DNA of 63,724 nt, filler included, from Octopus bimaculoides (GCF_001194135.2; 5 parts of 5 records of this genome joined end to end with filler, not necessarily neighbours in it); one strand, 5' to 3'; numbered from the whole stretch's first letter, positions 1-13,681 are shown. Numbers and translations are program-made. Notes: a model not told the origin generated them from the sequence alone.

Positions 1-136
1 TAGTTTGCTATCTCTCTAAAAGAGAGCAGCAAAAAAGAAAATTTTTGCCCCGCAGGGCGCAATTCCACAGGAACGACAGTTGAAACTTGACAAAAATCAC
101 ACCAAACAGCAACAAAAAGGACAGAAACAACTCACT

Positions 137-663
137 AAACTTAAGGACACAGTAATTGTGTCAAGGCTGACAGGAAGCGGTCCAGCTTCCTAGGGCTAAA
201 CGGCAGTAGTGCATTCCCTTCTTGGGATTGTCACATTAAGTTGACAATATACTACAACGTTATCGCACCACTACTGCTTAAATCACTCTGAGAGATTTAG
301 AAATATAATATTTCTAATTTTGCTAATCAGTGAATAAACTTCACTATCATTATATAATTTGCGAGAGCTAGACAAACTTCTTCAACCAGTTGGCAGGCTA
401 CTTCACGCTGATGACGAGCAAAGACTCAGAAACATGTCCCTGAATGCTGGCTAGGCTGGGTAGAGGAGTTTGTCTCCCCGTCGCAAACTTAAGGACACAG
501 TAATTGTGTCAAGGCCGACAGGAAGCGGTCCAGCTTCCTAGGGCTAAACGGCAGTAGTGTATTCCCTTCTTGGTATTTTCACAGTAAGTTGACAATATAC
601 TACAACGTTATCGCACCACTACTGCTTAAATCTCTCTGAGAGATTTAGAAATATAATATTTCT
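137..663 (+). mobile_element. Direct repeat-spacer-direct repeat structure (179 bp + 169 bp + 179 bp); probable terminus of a retroelement or retrozyme-like element
   Basis: 137-315 and 485-663 align without indels with 6 substitutions (~97% identity). The second copy ends directly in TA-rich microsatellite. The 316-484 spacer contains a hammerhead motif. Confidence 0.7.
370..475 (+). ncRNA. Minimal type I hammerhead ribozyme motif on an extended stem I
   Basis: CTGATGA at 408-414, stem II GAG-caaaga-CTC, GAAA at 429-432, palindromic CATG loop, TC cleavage site after 438. Stem I CTTCACG/CCTGAAT pairs at 5 of the first 6 positions and extends through internal loops to AGACAAACT(370-378)/AGTTTGTCT(467-475). 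The base of stem II is a C-A mismatch. Confidence 0.6.
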
Positions 664-681
664 GTATATATATAGATATAC

Positions 682-728
<47 letters not shown>

Positions 729-789
729 AATATATAGATGTATATATAAATACATATATACATACATGTCTGTGTGTATATGTATGTCA

Positions 790-1380
790 ATGTAATATTT
801 CTGTAGTTGTTTTCCCGATCTTTATACTTGTTGGAAAGGGGAAAAGGACTACATTTTTCAGCGCAGCCTGTTACTATTGATTCTGCCTACACACTGCTTG
901 CCATTCGCTTCAATACAAAGGGAATTGAAACCAACCCTGGCATTAAAGCCAACAAATAATACGACGTTGACATTTGAAGGGTCTTCTGAGATATCAGAAC
1001 GGAAGCTATTACAGAAGGTGTCTTTGTCATATCTATTGTATGACATTGTTAGAGTTAGGCGAGTTTATTCTGTACGGAGATCTCACCCTTGAATTTATTT
1101 TTAGTGTTATAATGGAATCTTTTTGAATTCAAGGAAGTATGACAATTGTTTAGTAATGGCTGTCGTTCTGGCGAACCCAACAACAGATGATTTAGTTTCA
1201 GTTGCTTTCTTGCCTATACAATAAATTTCCTATTTCTTCCACTTGACCTGTAATAAAATAAAAGTCTGTTAGGAACAGCAATGTGAATCCTGTGTTTGTT
1301 AAAATCCTTTGAGATTAGAGCGGTTTTCCACTGAAAACAATAACTACCACTCTGAAGGGACAGCACAGTCCAAAGATATA
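790..1380 (-). mobile_element. Decayed RTE-type LINE ORF2 fragment (AP endonuclease region)
   Basis: Minus-strand frame-hopping translation gives KTALISKDFNKHRIHIAV, GQVEEIG, VVGFARTT and VVLFVGFNARVG...GKQCVGRINSNRLR. These follow, in order, the RTE motifs RTALIARELARYNIDIA, GQLEEVG, GVGFAI and ILGDFNARVG...GRHGVGKCNSNG. Multiple stops and frameshifts. Confidence 0.75.
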
Positions 1381-4035
1381 CACATGAGTATATATATAAA
1401 TTATTAAGGTGGCTATTCGCAATTTTAAACCGAAATTCAACACGTATATTCGTCATAAAAGTGTCGGAGGGCACTAGTCAGCACTAAAATTACTAGAAAT
1501 AGAAGTCAAAACAACTCTTAGCCACGTGAGATAACTTTACTAAAGGCTGACAAAGGAGAATAGCTGCCTACGGCAAGCGAGAGTGAGTCAAATTTGTGTG
1601 AGTGTGTGTTTGTGTTTTTGTGTGCATTTGCGTGTGTGTGTGTGTATATATACATACTGTGTATATAATTACTTGTACATACGTGTGTATTATTAAATAT
1701 AATATATATACACACCTACATACGCACAGACACACACACAAAAATATATAATTGCATATTATACAATCATATATGTAGGTAGCCGTAGACATATATACTT
1801 ATTTACGTGTAAACTCTATGATCAATTCTCTAAAGTCCGACATTATTTAGAAGATGATAAAAAATATACTTGATCTAAAAATTCCAACAACCCAATTCCG
1901 AGTAGCCAAGACATAAAATATGAAATTAGTGATTTTTTCATTACAAGTATGTAAAGCACATAAACGATTACTATATTATTTAAATAAAGCTAACCAACAT
2001 AATACCTCACCGAGTTACTACAAAAACAACTCATTATTGTCCAGACATCACCTTCTGTCACACATTCCTAAGTACCATCGTCTGATATTACATGATATCA
2101 CCCCTCCCCTGATTATCATCCCCCCATCATTTATTATAATATAATCACATGACATTGAACAAAGCAAACCCATATTTCAACAAAAAAAAAAAAATCTAAA
2201 ACACTGAAACCTGTTCAACCAGGAAGCGAAAATCAAAACCAGCATAGTTCAAACAACATGGCCACTATCAGCATCATACATCCTGTAATAAGATACAGAA
2301 AGGAAATAATTACAGACGAATCCACANNNNNNNNNNNNNNNNNNNNNNNNNNNNNNNNNNNNNNNNNNNNNNNNNNNNNNNNNNNNNNNNNNNNNNNNNN
2401 NNNNNNNNNNNNNNNNNNNNNNNNNNNNNNNNNNNNNNNNNNNNNNNNNNNNNNNNNNNNNNNNNNNNNNNNNNNNNNNNNNNNNNNNNNNNNNNNNNNN
2501 NNNNNNNNNNNNNNNNNNNNNNNNNNNNNNNNNNNNNNNNNNNNNNNNNNNNNNNNNNNNNNNNNNNNNNNNNNNNNNNNNNNNNNNNNNNNNNNNNNNN
2601 NNNNNNNNNNNNNNNNNNNNNNNNNNNNNNNNNNNNNNNNNNNNNNNNNNNNNNNNNNNNNNNNNNNNNNNNNNNNNNNNNNNNNNNNNNNNNNNNNNNN
2701 CTTCTTCTTCTTCTTCTTCTTCTTCTTCTTCTTTCTTCTTCATCGTCATCAATGACAACAACAACAATAATAATGGTTAAATGAAGGAGTGTCTACATAC
2801 CACATTAACAGCAGTAACAGCTAGGCACGTCCCAATACCTTCCTCAACCGCTGACACATATTTCAAGCTTTCCAAACAATGCTGGAAAACGAACTTCCGA
2901 ATACCAGAACACAAAACTTCAATCATTTGTTTCACTACACCATGAGTTGAATCTGTCTCCTACCAGGCACCGAAACAACGGAAAATTAAAAAACTTAAAT
3001 CCATGCCATTTAGGACCCGTCAATACTTATTCCACTGATGTAAATATTATCGGTAGCCCAGAATCTGGAAACTGGAGAAAGTCATAATTCTATATTGAAA
3101 CAAAAAGCAAAAGAACATCAAATGAACCCATCACTACCCTAAAACACGCATCCTTAAATATTTTAGAGACCACTAAGTCAAAAATTCCTATCTTCCCACT
3201 ACTTGATCATAGCTAAACCGCAACAATAGAATGACGAACAAATCAATTAGTAAGTTCAAGGGTTGGCTTTAATTAAACAAACTCTTTCATGTAGCATCAT
3301 AAACATTTATTATTTTTCCTCTATCAGAAAATGATAATTATCTACAACTGAATATATTCTTATATACAATATACAACTAAAGCATTGGAGACGCAAAACA
3401 AATATTTTGTTTTAATCGAATATTTTCGATTAAAAAAAAAAAAGCGTGGTGGTGGGGGATTAGAAAGCCCCATTTATTTTGCAAAGGTAACTGTATTAAT
3501 TTAGGTTACAATGTGTTAGTCGAGTGGTATCTCTGCTGCTCCAGTTCTTCATGCAACTATAATTCCGAACACCAAATCGTTGGGATATCGATTGGAACCC
3601 TGCGTAAACAGTGAATCCTTATTATAATATTGTACTGTGTGTAGTTCCACTTTTTCTCGTTACGAATCAACAAAACGGTATATATTCTAAGAATCCTATC
3701 AAAATTGGTCATCGATCATCTCGGGTCACGCTGGAATTTGATACGTAGCCAAATATATGATTCATTTAGTTTGATACGTGATATGGCTTGCGTGCCAAAG
3801 CCGACATCACTACCAGATCATGTTAAACCCAGTACACTCATAAAGCCGTCTATGGCGACCAGAAAAGAAAACATTCTTCTTTCCCTAAGTTCATTGATGT
3901 ATATTCAGCGATTTTCGGTCAAGTTCTCAAAACTAGAAACACAAAATACGTATTCTAAACAATGGTAAGGAGACATGGAAAAGCGGGAATAAGCATAATG
4001 AAAATTATACAAAATAATACACATCAGATATTGTT

Positions 4036-4190
4036 GTGTGGTTAAGAAGCTCAATTTGCAATCACCAGGTTCCGGGGTTAGTTTCACTCCCACGGCACCT
4101 TGGGCAAGTGTCTTATTCTACAACTTCGGGCTGGCCATCGATATATGAGTGAATTTGGCAGACTGAAATCGTGGAAGAGTACCGTACGTG
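4036..4190 (+). mobile_element. tRNA-derived SINE (family with GGCACCTTGGGCAAGTGTCTT core)
   Basis: GTGGTTAAGAAGC head, GGTTCCGGGGTTAGT B-box-like segment and shared core; several more copies occur in the window. Confidence 0.8.
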
Positions 4191-5609
4191 TCTGTGTATG
4201 TAAGGGGATGCGCATGTGCGTGTGAAGGTGTGTATGCGTGTGTACGTGTATGTGTGTATGTGTATGTGTGAATGTGTGTTTGTTAATGTGTGTTTTACCC
4301 GAACAACCGTTTGAAAATTGGTGCTGATTTGTTTACTTCGCCCTACAATAGCGTTTCCACAAAAGAGAGTAATATAATACGTACCAGATTTTTAAAAAAT
4401 AAGTACTAGGAGCAATTTGTTTGACTAAAATCTTCAAGGAGTTGCTCCAATATGGCTGCAGTCCAATGACTGAAAGAAGGCTAAAAAGGGACTATTATTT
4501 TTCAAATAATACGTTATATTTAATACGAATACTTAACTTATTTATATGGGTGTAACATTTCAAACAGTTTTCTTTCCTTTCGTCATCAGGTAACTTTGTC
4601 GTAAATGCTTAGAAATTTCCAGATGAGACACGAAACAAAACCTTTCTTTTCAACCACAACCTGTGATTACTAATTTATTTCAACTTCACTTCTCGGTAAC
4701 TCTCTTCGTATTTGGTTCTGGTGAAGCTGTAAGCTGATAACTGACGAAAATAACTTTAACAAACGTTACGTGAAGTATTTTGGGGTATCACAGTATATTA
4801 CAAAGGAATACCACGTGTGGAAGTATGCAACTTCTGAACATAAATATAAAAAATCCTGGGTTTCATGCAAAAGCAAAGTTTCACTACGTATGAGTGATTT
4901 GATTTAAAAGCAAAGTTTACATGCATATGAGTGAGATGATCAGCAAGAAAGTTCCATGCGCGTTAGACAAGCTGTTTATATACATTTCTAGTTCAAGAAA
5001 AACTTGTATTGATACAGGTGGGCCCCACATTACAGTTAAACAAATTGTGTTTAGGAAGTTTTCGTAAGGCCTTCTCTGCCGCCTACACACTGTTAATCAT
5101 GAACTTTGACATTAAATGCAATGCTAGTGCAATCAACATTTACTAAATGTCACATCCGATTACTGTTTAGTTCTGACATTTTTCTTATAAAATTTCTTTC
5201 AATTTACCAATTGATCAATACATCTTCTTCAATTGATTAAAACAAAATTTCAAAATATTTGAAAACACAGATTAAACAACCCCACAATACATACATACGC
5301 ACAATATATACACACGCACAAACACACACATACACAAGTATATATTCATATATACATACAGGCACACACACGAATGCATGTATATGTGTTTGTCCATGCA
5401 GGTATATGTAGTTATATAAATATTTATGTGTATGTATAGTTTTCGTGATACGAGTAAAAAATTAGAATTGAAAACGTGAGTAGATATATATACGGTATGG
5501 ACTCACCCATCGTCAGCCGACGTATGAGAGTTCGGCAAGAGATTGCCGAACACCCGCAACATAATTTGTTAATAGTGATCAAATGTTTGTGTATACATAA
5601 AAGCACTAC

Positions 5610-6090
5610 CTCAATCAAATCGACATTATCTTTTCAGGTGTACCATGTGCCACATATCACATGACGAAATGATCACAGAGAAACGAGAAATGAAGTGCTT
5701 TGCTCAAGAACACAACGGAACGCCGCCCGGTCTGGGAATCGAAACCACGGTCGCGCAATCGTGAGTGCAACACTCTAACCACTTAGCCATGTGCTATCGT
5801 TCTCTTTTGCCAAACCACTAAGTTACGGGGACGTAAACACACCAACATCGGTTGTCAAGTGATGGCGGGTGACAACCACAAACAAGCTTCTTTGCACACA
5901 GCCACGTATTGGTGTTCAGCATTTGCCGAATGACCTGAAAAATTGACATTGTCGGAAACGGGTGTGCCACGTATCAAATGTCGAAGTGATCGCAGAACGA
6001 CGTGAGATAAAATATTTTGTTCAAGAACACATTGTACCATCCGATCTTGGGATTGAAACCACAACCTCGCGATCCTGAGCGTAAAAATCT
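5610..6090 (-). mobile_element. Stack of tRNA-derived SINE fragments
   Basis: Reverse complements of tRNA-like heads (GGGAATCGAAACCAC, GGGATTGAAACCAC) and the shared segment GGGACGTAAACACACCAACATCGGTTG, which recurs at ~11785-11810. Confidence 0.7.
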
Positions 6091-7283
6091 GAAAACTGGA
6101 CCATGCGTTCTCACATACATATACACACGTCCATGCGCCGGCGCACACACCTATATAATCCGCAGAATTGAAAGAGGGAAATCACGGGTCGCCATACATT
6201 TGCGTTGGCACCTATTAAACTAGATCCAAATTATGGGGATTATATATATATAAGCCAACTTAAATAATGAATTTCTCTATTTGGTGTAGAATAAATTATA
6301 AAATTATTACAGGGCATTAGAATAAGGCATATTAATAATTCAATAAATGAACATAAAGAAAGATGAAGACGTATATGCATGCACATGTATGCACTCACAT
6401 AAGCAAATGCTACATATATATATATATANNNNNNNNNNNNNNNNNNNNNNNNNNNNNNNNNNNNNNNNNNNNNNNNNNNNNNNNNNNNNNNNNNNNNNNN
6501 NNNNNNNNNNNNNNNNNNNNNNNNNNNNNNNNNNNNNNNNNNNNNNNNNNNNNNNNNNNNNNNNNNNNNNNNNNNNNNNNNNNNNNNNNNNNNNNNNNNN
6601 NNNNNNNNNNNNNNNNNNNNNNNNNNNNNNNNNNNNNNNNNNNNNNNNNNNNNNNNNNNNNNNNNNNNNNNNNNNNNNNNNNNNNNNNNNNNNNNNNNNN
6701 NNNNNNNNNNNNNNNNNNNNNNNNNNNNNNNNNNNNNNNNNNNNNNNNNNNNNNNNNNNNNNNNNNNNNNNNNNNNNNNNNNNNNNNNNNNNNNNNNNNN
6801 NNNNNNNNNNNNNNNNNNNNNNNNNNNNNNNNNNNNNNNNNNNNNNNNNNNNNNNNNNNNNNNNNNNNNNNNNNNNNNNNNNNNNNNNNNNNNNNNNNNN
6901 NNNNNNNNNNNNNNNNNNNNNNNNNNNNNNNNNNNNNNNNNNNNNNNNNNNNNNNNNNNNNNNNNNNNNNNNNNNNNNNNNNNNNNNNNNNNNNNNNNNN
7001 NNNNNNNNNNNNNNNNNNNNNNNNNNNNNNNNNNNNNNNNNNNNNNNNNNNNNNNNNNNNNNNNNNNNNNNNNNNNNNNNNNNNNNNNNNNNNNNNNNNN
7101 NNNNNNNNNNNNNNNNNNNNNNNNNNNNNNNNNNNNNNNNNNNNNNNNNNNNNNNNNNNNNNNNNNNNNNNNNNNNNNNNNNNNNNNNNNNNNNNNNNNN
7201 NNNNNNNNNNNNNNNNNNNNNNNNNNNNNNNNNNNNNNNNNNNNNNNNNNNNNNNNNNNNNNNNNNNNNNNNNNNNNNNNNNN

Positions 7284-7354
<71 letters not shown>

Positions 7355-8329
7355 GAGACAGACAGGTAGACAGACTGACAGAATGAGTGTCTTATCTCGG
7401 AAGCAGCATTTGTAATGAATATTAAATTGCACATCCAATTTAATGTGGATGTGCTGTTTTCAAAGGGCGAATGCTGTGGCAATCCTCTTGAGAGATTGTC
7501 TCATATAAACTTTAAGTGCTAAAATGCACAAACTATATCACTTGTTGCAATTAGGTCACCTCCGATAGAAGAAACCTTTCTAACACTTGATTTCAGCGTA
7601 ATTTGCATAACCTCTGCATATGAAAGCGCAGGAGTATGCAACTTTAGTATCAACAGTGACATACAGCATGCATCCATGCATATGTGTGTGTCACATTATG
7701 TATATATATGTGTGTCACATGAAGTATATGTTTTGCTAAATACACTTTGTCTACGATAGTTCGTTCATGGAATGTCCCTTTAGAGAAACTGGTGTGTGTG
7801 AAAAGCACAGTATCATTCAAATTCACGTGAAACGAATCTATCCGGACGTGAATATCGATATTTTGCTTTTATCTTGAGCTCATCAGTGCCGTATAAACGA
7901 TGTTCCCTCGGGACGAATTAAAATCGATGGCTCGAAGTATATACAGACAGAGTAAAATCTTTTCACCGATGTTCAATAACGCCTCGCAAGCAAAACAAAA
8001 TTTTAACTTTGAGTTAGAATCAGCTGTATAGTTTAGAAAATATCGATTCATATGCTTAATGTACGTGGTTTGTGAAACGCTTGTTGGCATCTTAGAGCTG
8101 TTTCTAATGAAAAATATAAAATTTGTTTTATTGTTGCAGTGCTGATGGGCATCATTTATGGCTTTTGAGCAACAACAGGCATCCTGCTACCGAATGCAAG
8201 ATCGAAATGCTGCGAAACCGATATAGTCTAGCAGTGACTAAACGAACAATGAAGTAAAAAACTAGCTGACAGTGTAAAGTAGCTACAACCGATAGAATCT
8301 CATGCCAAGTAGTAATTTGCACATCCAAA

Positions 8330-9065
8330 TTTAGTAAAGAAAATATTTTCATCACATTTCTCAGAGAACAACACTTGTACTGTCCAGAATACTTTTGCAG
8401 TGCCTGTCCTAACGCCTGCGTTTTTCTTTCTGAACTGCTTACTACAAGAACTAGATGAGATAGATGTCCGAGCACGCATGTTGCTCAGAGTTTAAGAAAT
8501 ATTCAGATTCAGCACTATTGGAAATGTGGACATGTTATACTTCAATCGCAACGATACTAGCCGTGGACTTAAATCTGTATTGTCATACGAAGTGCGTATC
8601 GTGACAGTGAAACAACATCTGCTGCAGAAGAAAGAGACCAGATGCTATTTTAGCCAAGTTTGTGACCATGAAATCAGCAGCATAATTAGGCTAGATGGCA
8701 AACTTGTGTAGAGGTATGACATAAGAAGTGATGCCAATTCCACCCAAAGGAACATTGGTAAAATCTATTTATCAGAAGAAAACGCTAAAAAAAAAAGGAC
8801 CACTTCATTTAGAAGATAATAAAGCGTACTTGCCCCGAAAGACATAAATCTTAGAAGGAATACATGAAGTCAAAAGATTATGACATTACACTTCAAAGGC
8901 TACCTCCTTGCAATTCAAGTTTAAGAGATCCCATCGAGTACTTAAAATGTCAAAAGAACATTGACAGACAACTAGTGTAGGTTGTGCAAGACGAAGGTTC
9001 AGGACATCAACCACATTATTGCCAACTGCGAGAGAATGACTTCAAGATATTATTTCGCATGGTGT
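8330..9065 (+). mobile_element. Decayed R4/Dong-like non-LTR retrotransposon fragment (RT thumb to CCHC knuckle)
   Basis: Collinear peptides QNTFAVPVLTPAF, LYFNRNDTSRGLKSV, HFKGYLLAIQ and CRLCKTKVQDINHIIANCERMTSRYY match the NTFAVPVL, RLY..R..GGRGL, EGY..AIQEQ and C-x2-C-x8-H-x4-C motifs of RLE-type R4-clade elements. Several stops. Confidence 0.65.
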
Positions 9066-10061
9066 AAGTTGCAGAGGCCAGGACAGTTAAGAACAGGAAA
9101 ACAAAGATGAAAGTTCAATAAATATTGGTTATATGTGTGTGTGCCTGTGTGTGTAAGTGTGCGTCTGTGTGTACGTGTGTGTGTGTGTGTGTGTGTGTTA
9201 GATGTAATATTCAATATTTTTGTATAAGTAGCTAAACAGTACTTTCATAGGATTTTGCTATCCCTGAATGAGGTTTGTAACCTTTGTGCTTGTGTGTGTG
9301 CATGTGTGTATAGATGTGAACACACACAGATAACCGCAAACGCACACTATCAAATACTGCATCACATACAAATTCCAAGGAACATTGATATTAAAGTACT
9401 AATACTCGCTCCCATTTCTAAATGCTATTGTGAACAAGATAACAATTTAAGTCATTTAATGCATTTTAAAAAAGAAATTATTGTCTTGAAAATGTGTGAG
9501 GTAAAAAATAAATAACTTTACTTCGATCACGATTTTCAAATTTAAGAGAATAATATTTAGTTCTGAAGACTTCCTGTCCTTTGTATGCAGAATCTAGTTT
9601 AAAATTAGAAATAAAAGAATTATACTTTAAGTATTGATTTAGCGTGTTCACTCCTTAATTATCGCATCGTGGGAACACAATTGAGGCTTCGTCTAACGAT
9701 CTTTAGTTTATCTTCTATTTAAAACAAACCACTTTTCACGATTTCTCAAGGAAATACGTGTTACACAATATTAAACAAAAGAAATTTTAATCTAGGCAAT
9801 AAATATTTTACACACATGCACCCACATATACATGTAGGTATATATATAAGTATGCCTTTCTCTTTCTCGCTTTTTTTTTCTCTGTATATATATATAAGGA
9901 ATTTCTGTATCATTTCCATTAGAGACTGAATGAACCTAGGCCAATTTTGCTACTCAAAACCTCTTCTAAACTAACACTATAGAATACCTGTAAATGTTGC
10001 ATCCCATTCTGTAAATTTACCCTTTATACAACGGGAACGACCGTTTGCTATATCACATGTC

Positions 10062-10108
<47 letters not shown>

Positions 10109-11984
10109 GCCTATGTGTCTATGTGTCAATCTGTCTATGTGTCTATGTCTATCTGTCTATCTGTCTATCTGTCTATCTGTCTATGTGTCAATCTATCTAT
10201 CTACACAGACACACGCAAACACATATACATATAATGAGAGCGAGATAGAGACAGAGAGAGAGAGTTGTGTGTGAGTGAGTGGGATAGAGACAGAGATAGA
10301 TATACTTATAAGTAATTATGTTATGCGTAACACTGTGTCTTGTGTATATACATTTATGTTTGTGTTTGTGTCAGTGTATGTTACGCATCAATATAATTTT
10401 ATTAATTTCCATTTTCTGCAAGGCATCATATAGAATATCTACCAATCAATGCTGTGTCATGCTTGCCAAACACACAGATGCTATACACTTCCAATATTAA
10501 CAAATCAAGCCGTTATATGTCAACATCATTTTTTGCATCAGTTATTATTTATATGTGATGGAAAACAAACATCCTCCATTGTTAATCTCATTAGTTATTA
10601 ATATGTTATCAAATCCTTCCTAATTGTACATACAGCTTCCATGTTGATTGAACTCACGATCGTTTATTACACGAAAGGTTTTTAAGATGTTCTAATTTGT
10701 CAGATATTTCTATGAACAGTTGGTGTTACAGGGAAAAAGTATTGTATTGTTTTATTTAAAAGGTTACTTCTTAAATATGCGTTTATTGAGCATTTCTGAT
10801 GTCAGGCTTTGGAAGATACAACTGGCTGCTATATACTACATGCTAACTAGTGTGAAACACTAATGTCTATAAGATACAGAACCAGTAAAAAAAAAATCTA
10901 ATATTCAATACTTCCTATTATAGGGTGTGGGTCTCCGTCGGTCTCGAAGATGTGTATGTTGTACTTTTGTACTTCGGGCAATTAAGTTGTAGCTCGCGAA
11001 AGTTGCGAGTAATTCATCGGCGATTAATTCGTGCAATTGCCAGCATTAAGCAATGAGAAGCAACTGACTTGGCAGCGATGCAACTTTCAACGAAAAAAAA
11101 AAAGTTCTGTATAAGTGTATGTGCGTAAGTGTGCGTGTGCGTGTGTGTGTGTGGATGCCATTGGTTGTAAAGGGCATCAAAGCGTTTTAAAATAGTCATA
11201 TTCCCGGATATCTATCTACCTACGAAGAAGTACTATCATCTGGCTTCTAGCTTTCTACAAAATTATATACACATACAAACAGACATACTCAGACACACAA
11301 GCGTATGCACAGGCATATATATGTATGTATATGCATGCATTTATGAATGACTTATTATTGCTTTCATGCCACAAAGAACTGCCTGTCTATCTGTCTTATG
11401 CCAGATCACATTTACGTGAATTTGTTTTCCTTTCATCTGTTGGATGTTGGGCATTCGATGTGGTCTAAGCACTAACATAACTGTATACCGTATACGGCGT
11501 TTGGCATATTATTACCCTTTCCACTATATGCCTATATATGCGTGTGCGCAGGCATGTGTGTGTCTGTATGTGTACACATATGTATATATACATATACATT
11601 TATATATATATACATACATATATTCTTTTATTAATTCATTATTTTATTTGTCTCAGATATTTGAATGCAGCCATGCTGGAGCACCGCATTGAGGGGTTTC
11701 AGTCAAACAAATCTACCCCAGGTCATATTTTGCTTGCCTAATACTTACTCTACCGATCGCTGTTGCTGAATCTCCAAGTTGCAGGGACGTAAACACACCA
11801 ACATCGGTTGCCAATCGCTGATGGGCTAACCAATGCAGACAAACACACATACAAAGATAGATATATACATACGCATATGTATATATATGTACACACACAC
11901 ACACACACACATTCTCACGACACAGGTACGCCTGTGCCTATGTTATATATGTGTTGGCATGTCCACACACGCACACGCACACAA

Positions 11985-12135
11985 CAATCACGCACACATA
12001 CACAACATTACGCACACATACACAAAATCACGCACACACACACACAAACTCAAGCACACACACACAAAATCACGCACACATACACAAAATCACGCACACA
12101 TACACAAAATCATGCACACATACACAAAATGTCGC
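11985..12135. repeat. ~20-bp minisatellite derived from (CA)n
   Basis: About 7 copies of CACGCACACATACACAAAAT-like units. Confidence 0.8.
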
Positions 12136-13609
12136 ACCCCCTCCCCCACATATATATATAATTAAAATTTACAGAAAAACTAAAGATGTGGACAGGTGTA
12201 TAAAGAACAAGCAGGTGTTTTAGTTTGACGCTCGGGAAGGTGAGAAAGTCTTTTCTATATTGAGTCAACCCTCTTCAACAGACATATATATTTATGTGTG
12301 TCTTTGTTTTGTATACACAAAAGAGAAAGTAAGAGGGGAAAGTGAGGTGAAACGGCGCCAATACTGGATTTGATAGTCTGTCTAATTATTGCAAAAGATT
12401 GAAAGTCAAGTTCGGGCATGTAAATATTTGAACTCATGACACGGAGATCGAGGTGGCATACCAAAAGACACATTCTGCTACTCTAAAAATATGTCGCCAA
12501 TATTATGTTCTATGCTACATAAAACAGTTTTTGATAGTTTTGAAAGGAAACAATTATGGCTTTGTAAATAGCTAATACAAGACTTAAATTTTCAATAATT
12601 ACTTTTGATGATCATGATGATGAAGATGATGATGATGTTGATGATGAGGATGACGACGATATTGATGATGCTGAATACATTAAATATTTTCTCTAGTAAT
12701 TCTATTTTCTCACACCGAAAAACTTTTATATTTTCTTCCATTGTTTAGAGAAATACCTACGATATATTTATTTCCCCGAGACAATGGTGTAACCATGTGG
12801 TGATGATGACGACGAGGACGAGGAAGACGACGATGACGATGATAATGATTATAATAACGATAATGCTAGTGGTGGGGTGTGAGGGCGTTGGTGTAGGTCA
12901 CAGTAAGAAGCTAAGTACGGACGGGAGTTGATAATGGGGTTGGTAAAAAGGTATGTAAAATGGTAGTAAAATTACATAGATGCTCTTAATGATACATGAC
13001 ACGAGGTTAATGATGTGTTTAATGGTGTATGAAAGCTGAACCATCAAATTGTTAAATGATGTATGCAGTGGAATCTTAATATTTTGGATTTCTTACAATG
13101 ACTGGCTATTAACAAGTCTTAGTAGTTAATATCTGAACCGGGAATCAAGCTGGACGATACCCAGATAAATATTTGGCAGATGTTGTTGGTAAACCTCCTT
13201 ACGATAACGAATATTAATTTAAAAGAGTGAGGGAGGGAGGGGGAGAGGGAGAGAGACAAAAGGTGGGGATAGACACTGGAAAGGAAATGTATCGATAGAA
13301 AGGGAGAGATTGATTGAAAGAGATAGATAGATAGAGAAGGAGAGAGAGAGAGAGAGAGAGAGGAAGGTGGGAAGAGATAAGTTACATCATATGCAATGAA
13401 AGAAACCGTTTAATATATTAAAGGAAAAAGTTTTAATTTAAATGTAACATTTGCGGACCATTTCCCTCTTCAGACTCTCCCACATACAATCTGATACATA
13501 GAGACACACACAGACACGCATGTACACAAATACATATATATATATATCTATATACTTCTGTAATATATATATATATCCACGCATATATATGTATATATAC
13601 TTATATCTT

Positions 13610-13681
<72 letters not shown>

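Noticed and set aside
4548-4596. Minus-strand CTGATGA...GAAATGTT hammerhead-like string; on plus, a pyrimidine tract + CAG|GTAACT
   Set aside because: No convincing stem I or II. The donor half is weaker than at 48334, so neither reading is supportable.
4870-4965. Degenerate ~37-bp tandem repeat; also short tandem duplications at ~25625-25680 and ~53125-53180
   Set aside because: Ordinary local slippage duplications with no spacer-repeat architecture; not CRISPR-like.
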